Positions 40,741 through 54,889 of a stretch of 58,536 bases of DNA are shown one piece after another. Source of the stretch: Bigelowiella natans CCMP2755 (Eukaryota; Protista; Cercozoa); assembly GCA_000320545.1 (NCBI GenBank), contig ADNK01000552.1, forward strand, positions 1-58,536, in the 5' to 3' direction. The notes under the pieces are model-generated. The model was not told the origin of the DNA and made no database searches. It saw only the letters and a list, made by a program, of their open reading frames with translations. A program made the translations under genes and the position numbers. The stretch's first letter is position 1. Each line of letters opens with the position of its first letter.

Positions 40741-41681
40741 TGTGTGTTGGCAGTGAAGGCTATACATTTATATAAACGAATCAAGTTCAACATATATGAT
40801 TTACAAAGAAAAGCGCTATAAAAGCTTGTGCTGCATGTGTGTCTTGATCATTCAGTTTCAGTTTCATGATGCAATATCGTGCTTATACTCTTCCTGCACA
40901 CTCTTATTATTGTAATTCATCACCGTTCATTAGGCACTTATGGTCTTGTTCTTCGTCCCAAGTACAATATCCCCAATTCTCTACTGCTTAGTAGTGTGCG
41001 GAACTATTGCAAATTATGGTAATAATACAACGATGATGGTAACAGCAAGTATGCTCAGCCTATTTAGGTTGCATGAAGTTACTTGCCATTCATTGGATTA
41101 ATTCGTTTTCTTCTAACTTTCTCAATGAATTTATGTTCCTATTATTTGATCTATTTCTTCTACTACAACTACTCCCTCTGCGGGTGCGAACTTCCCCCTC
41201 TATCCCACTGCAACCGCAGAGATCTTCGGGACAAAGTATGTTGGTCAGAACTATGGTGTCGTTTTCAGTGGATTCGCAGCTGCAGGAATTCTTCTGAAAC
41301 TCGGTAAAAATAACAATATTCGTCTTGTAATGTATTGGTAATGTACAATTTGAGAGAGAGGGAGAGAGAGAGGTCCATGAAGCATCTCAACAATAAGAGG
41401 TTATTGCTCATTTCCTAGATACTTATATAGACTCCCTCTGGGTATGGTGGGAATGATGATGATAATGATGATTATTATTATTATATTTTGTATTGTCGAA
41501 GTGTGGCGAAACGAGTTACTACTTTTTATTTTCTCCACAATACTATCTCAAAAGATGCTGATATAACTCTTTTTTGCTTTAGGTTTGAGCGCAGGTTCTT
41601 GAGTTACGAGACTTTGATTCTCTTGACTAGTTTTGGCAGTGGCATGGGAGCAATAGGAGCCTACTCTCTGACGAGTCCATG

Positions 41682-41685
<4 letters not shown>
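38568..41685 (+). CDS. MFS transporter, oxalate:formate antiporter-like; contains an in-frame TAA at 39495-39497 (possible pseudogene, error or readthrough)
   Basis: HLCLGTLYCWGALTPYITSYLR, IEKKIGPR, FGVGMGIVYMNPITCGMKWLPDRKGVISGIVVAGFGLG, NGAGRLFYGALADTIG, FPLYPTATAEIFGTKYVGQNYGVVFSG. Confidence 0.85.
39648..39682 (+). repeat. Perfect 16-bp tandem duplication (TCACAACAGTGATACG x2) in an MFS intron
   Basis: Direct read. Confidence 0.9.
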
Positions 41686-41717
<32 letters not shown>

Positions 41718-42620
41718 CAAGTACAACATTATGTTTGTGGCTTCTGCTCCTTATTCTATGTTTTTCAATCCATTGCCATGACGCGGTAAGAGCCCATCAT
41801 AAAAAATGTGACGATATGATGCAATGCAAAATTAGGTGGGACAAGAAAGAAATATAGAGTAAACACTATTAAGATATATAGTGTATTGCATGTCTATCAT
41901 AGGTGACCAAAGCCGCAGTGTACACGATAATAGCTACGCTAGTTCTATGATCGAACGATCCATATTATACCTGCATGAGTCATCACTGCTGTGATGATTC
42001 GTAGCAATACGACGCATCATGCAACTAGTTCGATCCATAAGGCACAACATAATATACACGAAGTTTTAGAGATCGTGATTAGCTCTAGACGTACGTACGT
42101 ACAGATACTATATAGCTAGGAGCGTGCTGATGATCGAAGTTTCAATTCTTTCAATTGCACATATCATCCTAATAAAAGTAGCTGCGTTAACTGCAATACT
42201 GCAACGGCTACAGCAAACGCTTGTATTATAGCGCTGTTGGCTGCTACGCATAGAGACAAGCGTCTTTAGCTCTATGCGCGTATTCGTAGCTAGCTATCGA
42301 TATGTGTAGTGCGCACAAACCGATAACTAGGCGCGAGACACACAAACACACACGCATGCAAAGCATCACATTACAAGAACGTCAAAGTGATGCACGTATC
42401 GTATTCACGTGATGGACAGTGCTATGCAAAACATCTGCCTGGGCTATAGTTACATGATAATACCGTCAAGGTGAACATTGTCGCAACCCAACGCTTACGC
42501 AGAAGGACGTAACATGTCTTATGTTGTAAATAAGAACCGGATGAATTAGTTGCTTCAAACTTTCTTAGTCTCATCCCAAGTATTGTCCGGCATCATTTCG
42601 CAACTTCGAACTGCTATTTC

Positions 42621-43916
42621 TTAACGGAGGAGCTGTTTACCACGTTTATCAGAGGCTTTGATCCTTCCCCTAAAAATTGAATTTTATTACATCGAAGCAC
42701 TTACATGGAAATTTCGGAAGATTTTTTTAAAATGAACTCACTGCAGGATACTACATATCGCTGACCTATTTTAGAATTATACCTTTGGGCATCAATCTTC
42801 TCGCTTAGCTTTTCGTTGATTTCCTTAGTTTCTTTGAGCTGCTCGTTTTGTTCCTGGAAATTGAAAATTATCTACCTGAGCAATTTTCTAGATCATCTTG
42901 TACGTGTTTACCTTCGCAAGATCGTTAAGTACATCGAGCCCTTCAGAGATATCATCGAGTTTATTCGCTACTCTCCGTTCATGACGTTCTTCGTCATCAA
43001 GTCCTTCCTCCTGTAAAATTGCAAAGTTATTAGTTTGTGCCCATCATCCAGATAAATGCTTTAATAATACATTCTCATCAAGTCTGTTCCCCGGCTGCCA
43101 AGTTTTCACGACTTGTCCATGCTTCAATTACAAATGAAAGCACATAAATTAATCCTCAATTCTCAATTATTTGTATGCACCGAAATGCGAGTAGTGCAAG
43201 AGATAGGGGGAAGAGTGTCACGAGTAGTAGAGGAGGGAAGATGCACAGTTGGAAATAATGATAATAATAATAACAATAATAATGATACCCTTGCAGGGAG
43301 ATCGTCCTTCCTTTGCTTCTTGGTAGGACCAGCACTGAAATTTCAAAATCAGAGATACAGTTGATATCTATGGGTAAAATATTGGATAAAAGTCACTTAC
43401 GGGTGGCAACAGCATCAGCATAGTGCAAACAGACAGCACATTTCCATTCTGGAGAGCGAATGATCGGCTTGATCCATATTCTCTGATTAGAAACAGTGTT
43501 GTAAGGCTAAGTAGTTTTTGCTGAAGAGCAAGATTTGTTACCGTCGATTTCATCCAGGTCATCATTTACTTTATGAAGCTGCTCATTTTGCATTGCGAGT
43601 TTCTTATTGGTAGCCGCTCCCACCGACTGTTCCACAGATGCAAGCTCAAAATCCAAAATTGCATGCATAACGCAATTTAAATACCTGCGCTTCGTTAATC
43701 ATATCTTTTGTATCGTCAAGATCATCTTGGATGTCCTGTCTTTTGTGTTCAATTTGTTCCTTCATGGTCAATGGGGCTAATACAGATAAATTTTAGAATC
43801 ATTCCGTCTTCTACGATTGCAAAAATGGAAGGACCGTCGAAGCCATCATCCATCCCCTCATCCTCTTCAGGTCCCATCAAATCTTCACGCTTTTTGCGTC
43901 CACTCGCTCCAGGCAT
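42621..43916 (-). CDS. SNAP-25-like Qbc-SNARE; Cys-rich linker contains an apparent in-frame TGA (43417-43415)
   Basis: Qb helix IQDDLDDTKDMINEAQSVGAATNKKLAMQNEQLHKVNDDLDEIDENMDQADHSLSRME; linker MCCLFALC*CCCHP; Qc helix EERHERRVANKLDDISEGLDVLNDLAKEQNEQLKETKEINEKLSEKIDAQRGRIKASDKRGKQLLR*; no transmembrane segment. Confidence 0.85.
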
Positions 43917-44398
43917 CGTTGGTTGTAGTTGGCGGTGTGTCGTTCAAAAGGAAGTAGTTTTAATGCGGATCCAGAGGGGGTAAGCAACTCTGGTAGGAGA
44001 CTGAATGGCTGCACAATTGGGGTCACATGAACAACAGTCTCAAGAGTATTCTCGCTGTCAGATGGGAAAATGAGAGCAGATGTTTTCATGGGTTCTTTCA
44101 ATAGAAAACAGGATTTCCTTCATATGGATAACACACCACGATAAACAATAATTTTTTTATATGTACGATGTATTAAATGTTCTTAGCATGATTATTTTTC
44201 TAAAAAATGTTCCTGTCGAATTATTTTTTGTAGATGTTTTATCGATATTATTATCCACCGTAAAGACGTTTCCTAGCCGTTTCATAAGTGACAGAAAGGA
44301 GCAGTTGTGAAAGAAACAGGAAACAGGGGGGGAGGGCTGGGTGAGTTGGCACGAATAAGAGGGCACAGGAAGCAACTGCACTCCTCTCCACCTCGCTG

Positions 44399-45993
44399 AT
44401 GTACACTCCAGATCCAGAGGAAATACGAATGCGATGGCTGCGAAGGCGCGGGCCCAAGCCGAAGCCTGGTGTTAAAAAGGGCATCCTGAGAGCAAGGGTC
44501 GGCGTCCTAGACTTCTAACCTGATAATTCTAAGAGCTCAGAAGGCTAGATAGGAGTTCGGTTTTAGTGACAAGATCTATTGCTTCAGTTCTACAGATTCA
44601 TGATAGATCCGTGATACTAATCCAGGTGATGATTCTCGGCGATTGTGGGGTTGGCAAGTCGACGCTTTTAAAAGTAACCCATGCGTTGAGACTATTTAGA
44701 AATGTATGAGAGAGAAAGAAATAGAGGATTTACTTGCAACTAGTTAACGCTATATGCTATCTTTCACGCACTTGAGGCTAGCCTGCAGAGACTAATGTCT
44801 GACGCAATACCCAATGCTCCGATTGTAAGTGGAGTAACGCGAAGTCGCCACTTAATATTATTGCAAGATGCTTACGGGCGAAAAGTTACCAGCAAGTGAT
44901 AAAAGTGAAAGAAAAGGACGACGTTTCTCTCCGTGTGAGCCCACAGTCGGTGTGGAGCTGGTCTCCCGATCATTGATGGTCAAAGGCAATAGGTAGAGCT
45001 AGATTTTACTACTGCAGCGGTGCGTTATTTCTAGAAACAGTTTCCGTGTTCGAAAGTACTAACAGCCAGGGTTGAATCCATACATGTGTCGCTTATGGTG
45101 TCTCATTAGAATTCTCAAGATTCATTCTTGTAATATAGGATAGAGATGGCCATATGGGACTTTTCAGGAGATCCCGGTAATGTGATATTCTGAGCAAATC
45201 AAACACAACATACGAATGCTCCTATTTGCCTCGAACATTTTTGCTTGATTGAATTCTCAAAATTATTCAAAGTATCTCTGTGGGAGTAGTAACACCACAA
45301 TGCACACGTGGTGCTTGGTAGTCGCCGCCGTAATTAACACGATTTTATCAAGATCCCGATTTCCGAGCTCCTTTATTTGCATCTATCCTTGATATGAATT
45401 ATTTTTTCTCACCTTAGTGTTCAAGCTTGTCCGTGACCAGTTATATCGCTATTGCCAGGTATACGCACAAAATAATTTACACAACATTGAATAAATTGCA
45501 TCCATTAGTCGCTGGAGGGGGTTGGGGGATGGCTGCAGAATTGTTGTGAGACCAAATCTACAGCATCAACGAATTAAAACAAGGAGCATTCACAATTTAT
45601 CTTTCAATCAATAAGCTTGGAATCCTAGTCTTTGACGTCACGAAAAGAGAATCCTTCGTAAATCTTGGCAAGGTTCGCATTAGCATTACATTTGTTCCTT
45701 CCGCGGAGGGGAGGAGTCATCTGGGGATAAAGATGAAAACCTAATCGTTTGCGTTTGATTCATCTGACTAATATTCCCATGAACCAACCACCATTTCTAG
45801 TGGATCAAGGAAGCTGAGGCAGGGGGGGCGGGTGGTGGTCGTTCCGGTGAAAAGCTCACATTCGTCATTTGTGGGGCAAAAGCCGATCTGCGGTAATAAT
45901 ATGCGAGAGGCGACAGGGAATTCAATATTGGCTTAAAGAATTGTCACATAAGATTACCTCAATAGCTCCCTGTTCATAACAGAATGATGGGAT

Positions 45994-46036
<43 letters not shown>

Positions 46037-46687
46037 TGTATTAATTTCGTCTTTGAAACCTATTTCCTGACATCCAATTCCTTCCTACCCTTCGCATAGA
46101 GATAAAAGGACGGTCCCGAAGACAGAAGCACAAATTTGGGCTCGAACGCGAGGGTGGGGTTTGAGTTTTCACATTTCGCACCAAACGTGATCGATAAACC
46201 GAATGGATTGTCGTTGCAATTATACTTGGGTCCATAGAACGACCAATCCAATTTATGAGTCATTGAAGGCTCAAAATATTCAAGACTTTATGAATGATAA
46301 TGGTGATGATGATGAAAGCAGCGGCGGTGGTCTCGGTGCTACGATGGTGATAATATATGTTGATTACAGATATCGCTATTTTGAGTCGCCAGCACCTCCA
46401 TCATCGTCGTCCTCGACGTCGCCTAGCGGAAACCCTGACCTGGTAGATATATAGTAAGGAAAGAAGAAGAAGAAGAAGAAAAGGACGGGGAATACGAACA
46501 ATGGGTGGTGCCTTGATGATGATGAATATGTGCCCAACAGTTATTCACGATGATAACGACGAAGAGTGTACAGAATTGAGCTGATGCTTGATCCTGATTC
46601 TGGGCACTTGATGTTGCAACCAAATATCCTCATTTTAAGTAGACCAACACGGTCTCTTGTTAACTGAGGAGATTCTGCGTGAATGAA

Positions 46688-46723
<36 letters not shown>

Positions 46724-48549
46724 GTCGTTAAATCATATGATTGTATTTGTTTTGTGCAATGGCATTTCCTTCATCCTCCGATATTTCTGGTTGGGGTCAT
46801 ATCGAATCGTCGCAGTACGTCGACCAAATTGGAGTATTCTCCGAGAGCTGCAAGATATTACATGAACACGTAAGCAAAATAGAGTGCATTAGAGCACATC
46901 ATGTTCCTGGTGTCTGTGTGTGCGTGTGTGTGCGTTTTGGGTGTACCTTAGTGCGCCTTATCTCCCATTACCAAGTTAATGCCGTGTGTATATCTTCAAA
47001 AGGTGTTTCTGGCTAAAAATAGAAATGGCAGTGGAGAGCAGCAGCAGCAGCAGTATCGCAATAGTAGTAGTAGTAGTAGTAGCAGTAGTGGCACCACAAC
47101 CGGAAACAACGCGAGTAGTAGAAGCAGTAGCAGTCAAAGCGGTCGGTCACCAAACACCTACGCCTCCTCAAACACATCAGCAGAGCAGCAAAGGGGGGTA
47201 CTCAGAGTGTATCTTCGCATAAAACAACATGATTTTAAAATTAGGGGGGGGGGGGGGGGATGAATTAAGAGCATCCAATTTCCTCTAATTTCTCGGTTTT
47301 CATTTTTCTTGTGACTTCGAGCTTCAACTGGAGCTTTTTTGGAAGGGTAGTTGGGATAGTGAGGCATTTTCCTGAGCAGTTTTATTCCATCATATGGTGG
47401 ATGATCCAAAAATACGACAATCTGTTTTAATGTTGATGCTGCTGCCGCTACTGCTACTGCTGTGATTGATCGAAAATTCGAGAAATAGGACCGAAAATTC
47501 TAAATCAAGCGGAAGGGCCGACAATGACGACGGTGGCGACATAAACGGCTCCTCCTTGCCAGATGTTAAAAACATGCGAATAAGTGAGATGAAGCAGCTA
47601 CTTGTGGCCCATAAGGTGGAATGCTGGTGATACCGATTGGTAGCCATGATGTGGAGGAAAACAAGATCATATTGTGCGAATTTCATCTGATTTCCTTCTG
47701 TTACCGCTCGCGTTACCTTACTTTTACTTCCTTCACCCCCTCCTTCTCCTCCTCATCATCATCATCGTCGTCGTCGTCATTAGGTGGATCCTAGAACCTG
47801 TATCACGAGGGTAATTTTACATGCAATAAACAAACCAAGCACATTACCATGGCACAGAGTCTAAGATGTCTCCTGCTTCTACCATTGCTGTCGATTCGAC
47901 TATCGATACATCTCTCAAACTGTTTCTCTCTCTCTTTTTCTCTCTCTCTTTCCCCCTCTCTCTGTTCCCCTCTCTCCCTCCCTCCCTTCCCCCCTGAAGA
48001 CCGACCTCGAGAAGGAGGTGCTCAAGATTCTCAAACGGCTCAAGATTGAAGGGGATGCTGAGAGGAAACGTCAGCAAAAGGTACACGATGTCTAACAACA
48101 TCGTGTCTAATCATTGTCTTTAAACATGGCACCACGATCGCAGGAAAGGGAACAGAAGCGAAGGGAGAGTATACACAAAGCTGTGTCTGCTGAGATCGCT
48201 CAATGGTCAAGCGGGAAGTCTCTGCGACAACTTCTAAATGGCATTCACGGCTATAGAGGAGAAACCTGGTGACATTCGTCGTCATTGTCGTTGCATATGT
48301 AGTTGTTATAGAGACAACAGCAAAAGCATTAATAGCAGTAGTAGTAGCAGTAGTAATAGTAGTAGTAGTGGCGGTACTCGTAAGCTCAAGGTGTAGTTTG
48401 TAAGGGGAATCATGATACTACATTAAATATACGCATATATTCACCTTCACTCAGTCCCTTGACCGAAGCAATTATGGAGAAAAGAAAATCCACAACCGGG
48501 CAATCAAACGGCAGCGTTTGGAGAGGGGTGTGTGCATTTTGTGTGTGCA

Positions 48550-48592
<43 letters not shown>

Positions 48593-49258
48593 TTATATTA
48601 ATTTGCGACAACAGTCGGCACCCTCTTGCACTCCTAGAATACTGACGCGCACACATACATATACAGATGCATCCTATCACTTCTTTCTTCACCAAGATTA
48701 TGTTATGGTTATGAATATAGGTTAGTGAGCGAGGTGATCACTATCTAGGAAGTCAAGCCTCGGCCAATGCCATATTAAAGTAGTATCTTTGTTACCCTTC
48801 ATCGTGTAGAGGCAGCTTAATTCTCTGTCTCCCCCACCCTCTCTCTCTAAGTTTCTTTGTGTGTGTGTGTGTGTGTGTGTGTTTTGTGTTTGCGTATTCG
48901 AGCTCCAGTCTGGCAAGATAGCCTCATATTAACACCATCATTTTGTTCTTCGTCTACGGAATATTTTTCAGAGCATATAAGAAGGCATTGGTGCTGATAC
49001 ACCCCGATAAATTCGATCTGGAGAACTATGAAGCGTACGCAAAGGTGCTGTAGCAAATTTTTACTTCTGAATGTTTAATTTCACATATTTCTGCTGGCAA
49101 GGAATCTTGAAGTTTTTCTGTGCTTTGAATGACGGTTTGCCCATGCGTTCATGTGAAGTCACAATAGTAGCCGGATTCAAATCGATTTCATCTAATAGGC
49201 CACGGAAACTTTTAAGGCAGTAAATGCTGCATATGTGGCATTCAAGAACCACACCTAA
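44399..49258 (+). CDS. RJL-like (Rab-related) small GTPase fused to a SAP/ARMET-C-like motif and an auxilin-like J domain
   Basis: G1 GDCGVGKS, G2 PTVGVE, G3 WDFSGDP, G4 GAKADL, AQIWARTRGYRYFES; later MRISEMKQLLVAHKVDPRTCITRTDLEKEV, AEIAQWSSGKSLRQLLNGIH, AYKKALVLIHPDK..ATETFKAVNAAY*. One middle splice junction is uncertain. Confidence 0.75.
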
Positions 49259-50123
49259 TTAATTTCGGGTTCCTGAAATTAAATTATGGCAGTATTTATT
49301 GTTGCATAGCATATAGCAGTTTTCTCTAAAGACTTGCTGTGTTTCGCAGTCGCCATACAAATCATGTAAATAACAACGTTTATCGCCGACTCTTGAATCT
49401 GAGTGAGCAAGAGAGTTCTCACACAACTCTGACGCACTTTCTAACCAAATGAAGCTAACCTTGCAACATGATGAACTACTTGTTGTTACTGCGATGTGCG
49501 ATGCTGCATGTGCGTGTTTCGTATTACATGGCACACACATGCATCATACAATCAGCTATTATTATTTCTGTCTTAATTTGTTAACGCGTTGAACAACATG
49601 ACACCTTTATACATAGACTTTCGTGCATTTGTAACATGTGCTTCTCTACACTGCAGATCAGCTTTATTACATCTTGCATTGGTAATAAGCGTGTGCATGT
49701 TAAGCGGAATCGTGCGTCAACAATTTATAGTCTCTATTGCACCGATCGCGCACAGCAAGTCGACTACAAAGAAGTATAAGTCACAGACGAAGGGAATCTT
49801 ATATTGCAATATCAAGCTAATAACAATAAAAATTGCGCGACTGCTGATAAAGATGAGTCAATGTAATCAAATTTATGTACGATACTTGATGACAATTACA
49901 TAATGCAGCGACAACGATGCATGCACGTGCATATGTTCTGAACAACATGAATAAATAATAAGTGTTGGATGCCCTAATTCAAATGATCGGGCGTTTGCAT
50001 GAGGATGCGCGGCCTCTTCCTCGATGGTATAGATAGGGAAGACGGAGAAGTCTGAGTATAAATAAATTAGTGAAGGAAGTTTCGGAAGCAAATGACATCA
50101 ACTTAGCGTGTGAGTGCGTGCCC

Positions 50124-50983
50124 CTATTTATTATCGTGAAAACCAACCAATAACAGCTCAGATCCACTTCGTAAAAGGTTAGCTCGTGCATAATCTCTCA
50201 AAACCAACACCTTATTTTTGTTTCTTCGCAGGATCTCCCCCTCCCTCTCCTCACCGCTCCCGGTAGTCAGATGATCGGAGGACGACGGTGAGAGTAAAGA
50301 ATAGTAATAATAGTAAGACCCATATTGCATGATGAGGGAGACGATGTGTGGGTTGCTGAAGGCCATAGAAACGACACGCATTACCTGCATCCCACAGTAT
50401 GTATATACGACGAACAACAACAACAACGATGACGAGAATACCACAATGTGCCAAAGAAGAAAAGGGAAGGATTAGATTCAATTCACTACATTCTAACTAA
50501 TTCCTCTTCCTCCTCCTTTTCACGTTTCCTTTGGCTACTACTACTACAACAACAACTACTACTACTACTACTACTACTACTCACCGCAACAGCGGATGTT
50601 TGCCACAGTCGCAGGTGGCCGAATAAGTCGTTAGCTCTGAAGGGAAATTAGTAAAGCATGGAAATACCAAGGAAGATGAGAAGAAGAGGGAGGAGGAATA
50701 GATGCCAGAGGAAAAGCCATGATCAATTCTGCCTCAAACAGGGCTACACCCCCACCACCACCATAATAATTATTATTATTATTATTGCAAGCATCATTTC
50801 CCATCATCGTCATCATCATCGTCATCATCATCGTCATCATCATATCATCCTTTTGGTCGTCGTCGTCGTCATCATCATTGGAATATATGCTACTGCCTTG
50901 ACTGACCTTCCCCAGTCAGCTGCACCCATATACTCTCCATCTACATATGATACTCGATCATCAGGAATGATCGGCCTCTCGCA

Positions 50984-51032
<49 letters not shown>

Positions 51033-52325
51033 TCACCATGGCAATAGTGAGCATCACGGCACCTTCTGTGAGAGCAATCGATGAGATTTGGAACACGTCT
51101 TTTGGCAAGTTGGTATTCATCACCACTCTGATGAAGAAGATGATGCTCAGTATATATTGCGTGAGGAATAAGAGAGAGCGAAGATACGAGAATATCAGAT
51201 GTCACAGGAAAGGAGGGAGAAGCGATGTATTTGGTAGATGGTGTATGCTATGCGTCAGTTTGGTTCTTTGTTGCGCGCAGCGGCAGCGACCAACCTTCCT
51301 TCCGATAAACTCCAAATGGAGATTATGTTACCTAATCAGATAACGAAGAAGAGATAAACAAGAAGAAGAAGAAGAAGAAGAAGAAGAAGAAGAGAATCAT
51401 GCTCTAAGCCAACGTGGTGGAAGGAGGAAGGGAAGGAGGAAAGAAAGACAGACAGAGAATGCAAGAGAGAGAGGAGACGTGGTACAGTAATTTAATAATG
51501 AACGATATGAGTTTCCACTACCACAACCACCATTGCAGTACACAGCAGGCAGCGACATATAACACACAGGTATTCGTAGTCAGCTACTGCTACGAACAAA
51601 GAGAGAGGGAGAGGGAGAGGGAGAGGGAGAGAGAGAAAGTCTAGTACCTACACCACCGACGACGATGGCGTTTCCACCTTATTATCATTATCATTATTAA
51701 TATTATTATTTTACAATGGTGTAGTGGGAAATTATTGGTTAAAATGATATTAGGTGTTGGTGATATATCGTTCAGGCTGCTGATAGTGCATGTATTGTTG
51801 CTTCTAGTCACATCTACCAGGGACAAAAGAGAGGGTGGAAGGACGAATTTCCTGCTGGAGGGTTCTCTGCGGCTGCTTTACAACAACACCCGCGGTTGAT
51901 CTACTCTGCTGCTGCATACGACCTGTCATCTTTCTGTTAAGCTTTCTGTCATTATCCTGCTGCTGCTGCTGGCTGTGAGGGGGACTAATGTTCTTCCAGA
52001 TGTACACTTTCTTGTCCTCCCCTCCTGAAGAATTGATGGTAAACAAAGGACGGCACACGGAAGGTGGTGGGGAATAGCATTGAGTGAGAACACGAGAATA
52101 ATAACACAATCTTCTCCCCAGATGTAGGTAGGACACACACCGAAGTACATCATTATATTAAATAAACGAATATAAATAAATAAATAATATATACATTTAC
52201 AACTTTATATATAGTTCAATTTGCACTTTCAAATGTTTCAAAGGTCAGGGTACTATCGAGGCCCTCATAATAATTCAGTAGTATATCTGCTACTATTACC
52301 ACTGTTAACAATACTACTACTACTT

Positions 52326-52362
<37 letters not shown>

Positions 52363-53068
52363 ATATGTCATCATATCATCGACGGCAAATATCCCAATTA
52401 TTTCGATATTATTCTCTGTAGTACCCACCGGATGCGATAAGATTTCTCTGGCTGCAGACGTCAAGGCTGAGGGGGCGGGGGGAGGGCAAAGGTTGGGATA
52501 CAATCAACATGTACAACAACAACAACAATAACAACGTTCCACAGCTCTTACCAGTAAACATGCGAAGTGTGCCCCTTAAAAGTGCGGAGAGCCTCAACTG
52601 ATATCTGGAGCAATAGTAGAGTGAGAAAAGTAAGTACATGAAGCAAGGAGGGGGTATTCATGGCTACTACTCCTTTCCCACATAGATGAAGTGAATAGTC
52701 ATATACGTGCATTTATACTACATGTGTACGCGTATTCGACGAGAAAGTGCTCCTACCACATGATCCAGATCTATATCCAGTATGATTTCCCAAACCTGGT
52801 AATTATGACAGGGGGGGGGTGGAAATGACAAATGCTTGTTACTACTCTCTCTCTCTCTCTCTCTACACGTATATATATCTTCCCTCTCTTGTTTAGGTTC
52901 TTCTTAGATCTCATTCTGTATTCAACAATGCTGCAATATCATAACAACCCTGACGTGACTGTCGTAGGAGCCTGAAACAAGCGTCAATTTGCTACAAGGG
53001 CAACAGCAGCAGCAATTGAAGAGGAGTGAGAGGAGGAGATACTATGTAAAGAGGGGGCCAATAGATTC

Positions 53069-53112
<44 letters not shown>

Positions 53113-53127
53113 CTCTTGAATGGAGCC

Positions 53128-53159
<32 letters not shown>

Positions 53160-54889
53160 GCCGCTATTACTATTACTACTACTACTTATACTTTACTTAC
53201 TACTACTACTTTACTTACTACTGGTAGTATTACTACTAATACTGCTCCCCTATTTTGCTCTACCCTCTCCTCTTATGCTTATTAGTACAAGTACCGACAA
53301 CTGTGATCGTATCTCCCGAAGGCTATACCTAATGCATGTACGCGATAGAATCCCATCATCATCAACATCATCATCACCAACAACAACATCATCATCATCG
53401 CAGCAGGAACAACACTAGGAATCATCCATTGGCGAAGTGGAAGATAAGAAGAAGAGTCAGGAGGAGGAGGAGGAGGAGGGGCAGCAGCAGCAGCAGCAGC
53501 AACAGCATTATCAATATTTACTACTCACAAGATACAAGGTCCCTATGGCCGGTGACAGTTTTCGTATGCCACATATGCACACTTCTTCTTCTTCTTCCTC
53601 TTCCATGGAAGCCATTCTGCTCCCCGCTCCCCCCTCCAACAATCGCACTGCTGTCACTAGTATACGGATTTATGGAAGCTCTCCAGATGTATATTCTATT
53701 GTCGGCAGTAGATGCAAAGAGGGGATCACTGTCTGATGGAAAATCGTGTGCGAATCTGCGATGTTAAACAAATGATGCGTGAGACGACGAACACGATGGA
53801 AACAAGGGAGCAGCTAACTCTGTAACTACAATCTCGTAGTTCCTGATTACTTTATGTCTGAAGATAAGGTGCCAATCCGATGACGTGACTTTGAAACACA
53901 CTCGCATACCTGGGATATGATACATATAACAATAACTTACTTCTTCTCAGCCAATTGATTGACAAGGCTGATTGTGTATGGACGATGGTTTCACCCCAGA
54001 TTCGTCACTATGCTCTGGCTCCCAAACCCTGACACTCCTAAAATTGTCAGGACATCCACACATTAGCTTAACATGAAGAAGAGTAAGAAAACGTCGTGAG
54101 GCAGCACCTATCCCAGGCGCAGCTGGCAATGAGAGAGCTGAAAGCCAAGATAAGCAAAACAGAACAGGTATCAAACAAACAACAGTCCGGAGGAGGAAGC
54201 GTAACGATAAAGTACCTATCGGAGCTAAAGTCCAACGCCCTGACCTCTCCTTGATGCCCGACCAAATAGCGTATCAAACAGAGTGTCTCTGTGCTCCATA
54301 TTCGAATCACTTTATCGTCACAAGCAGTGGCCATAACCGTGCCGTCTCTGCTAAACCTTACGCAGTTAACATGGCCATTTGGATGCGAATAAGTGCCTAA
54401 GTCCGGGAAGAATTAGACTTTAGCATGAAATCAAATACGAAGAATTACCGCAAAGCTCCATAGTTTGAGGTGAACGGTCAACAGCACTCAGCTGTAGAGC
54501 GGAGGCCCCATCGCATTAGCGTTGGGCGCAACAACTAGGCACCAAGGAAGAAAAAAAAAGAGGTGTTTCGCTTTTTGTACTTCCCCTTGCCCTTGTGAAG
54601 TTGGTAGCTTTGATCCAAAGGCTACAGCGATCGTTCTTCCTCCTTCCCCTCTCTTCGTGTGACAAATACCCGAGGAGGAGGAGGGAGGATTATTAAGATC
54701 GATCTTTGTTCTGTTACTTTTTACGATCAAAGAATTAAGGAAACTTTCAACCTACGACAACAATTCTTCAATGTCGAAAGTGTTGATAACCTCCTCAGAG
54801 CTCGGCACTTTTCTATCGTAAAAACTTCTGGAGAAAGAAACAGAAAGGCTAAAGTAAGCTTCACGGAGGACAAATCCCAATAAATTCAT
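50124..54889 (-). CDS. WD40-repeat protein, multi-exon; both ends approximate
   Basis: HPNGHVNCVRFSRDGTVMATACDDKVIRIWS, LVGHQGEVRALDFSSD-LIASCAWD-RSVRVWE, LVSGSYDSHVRVWE, NLIASGG-EDKKVYIWK. Confidence 0.8.
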
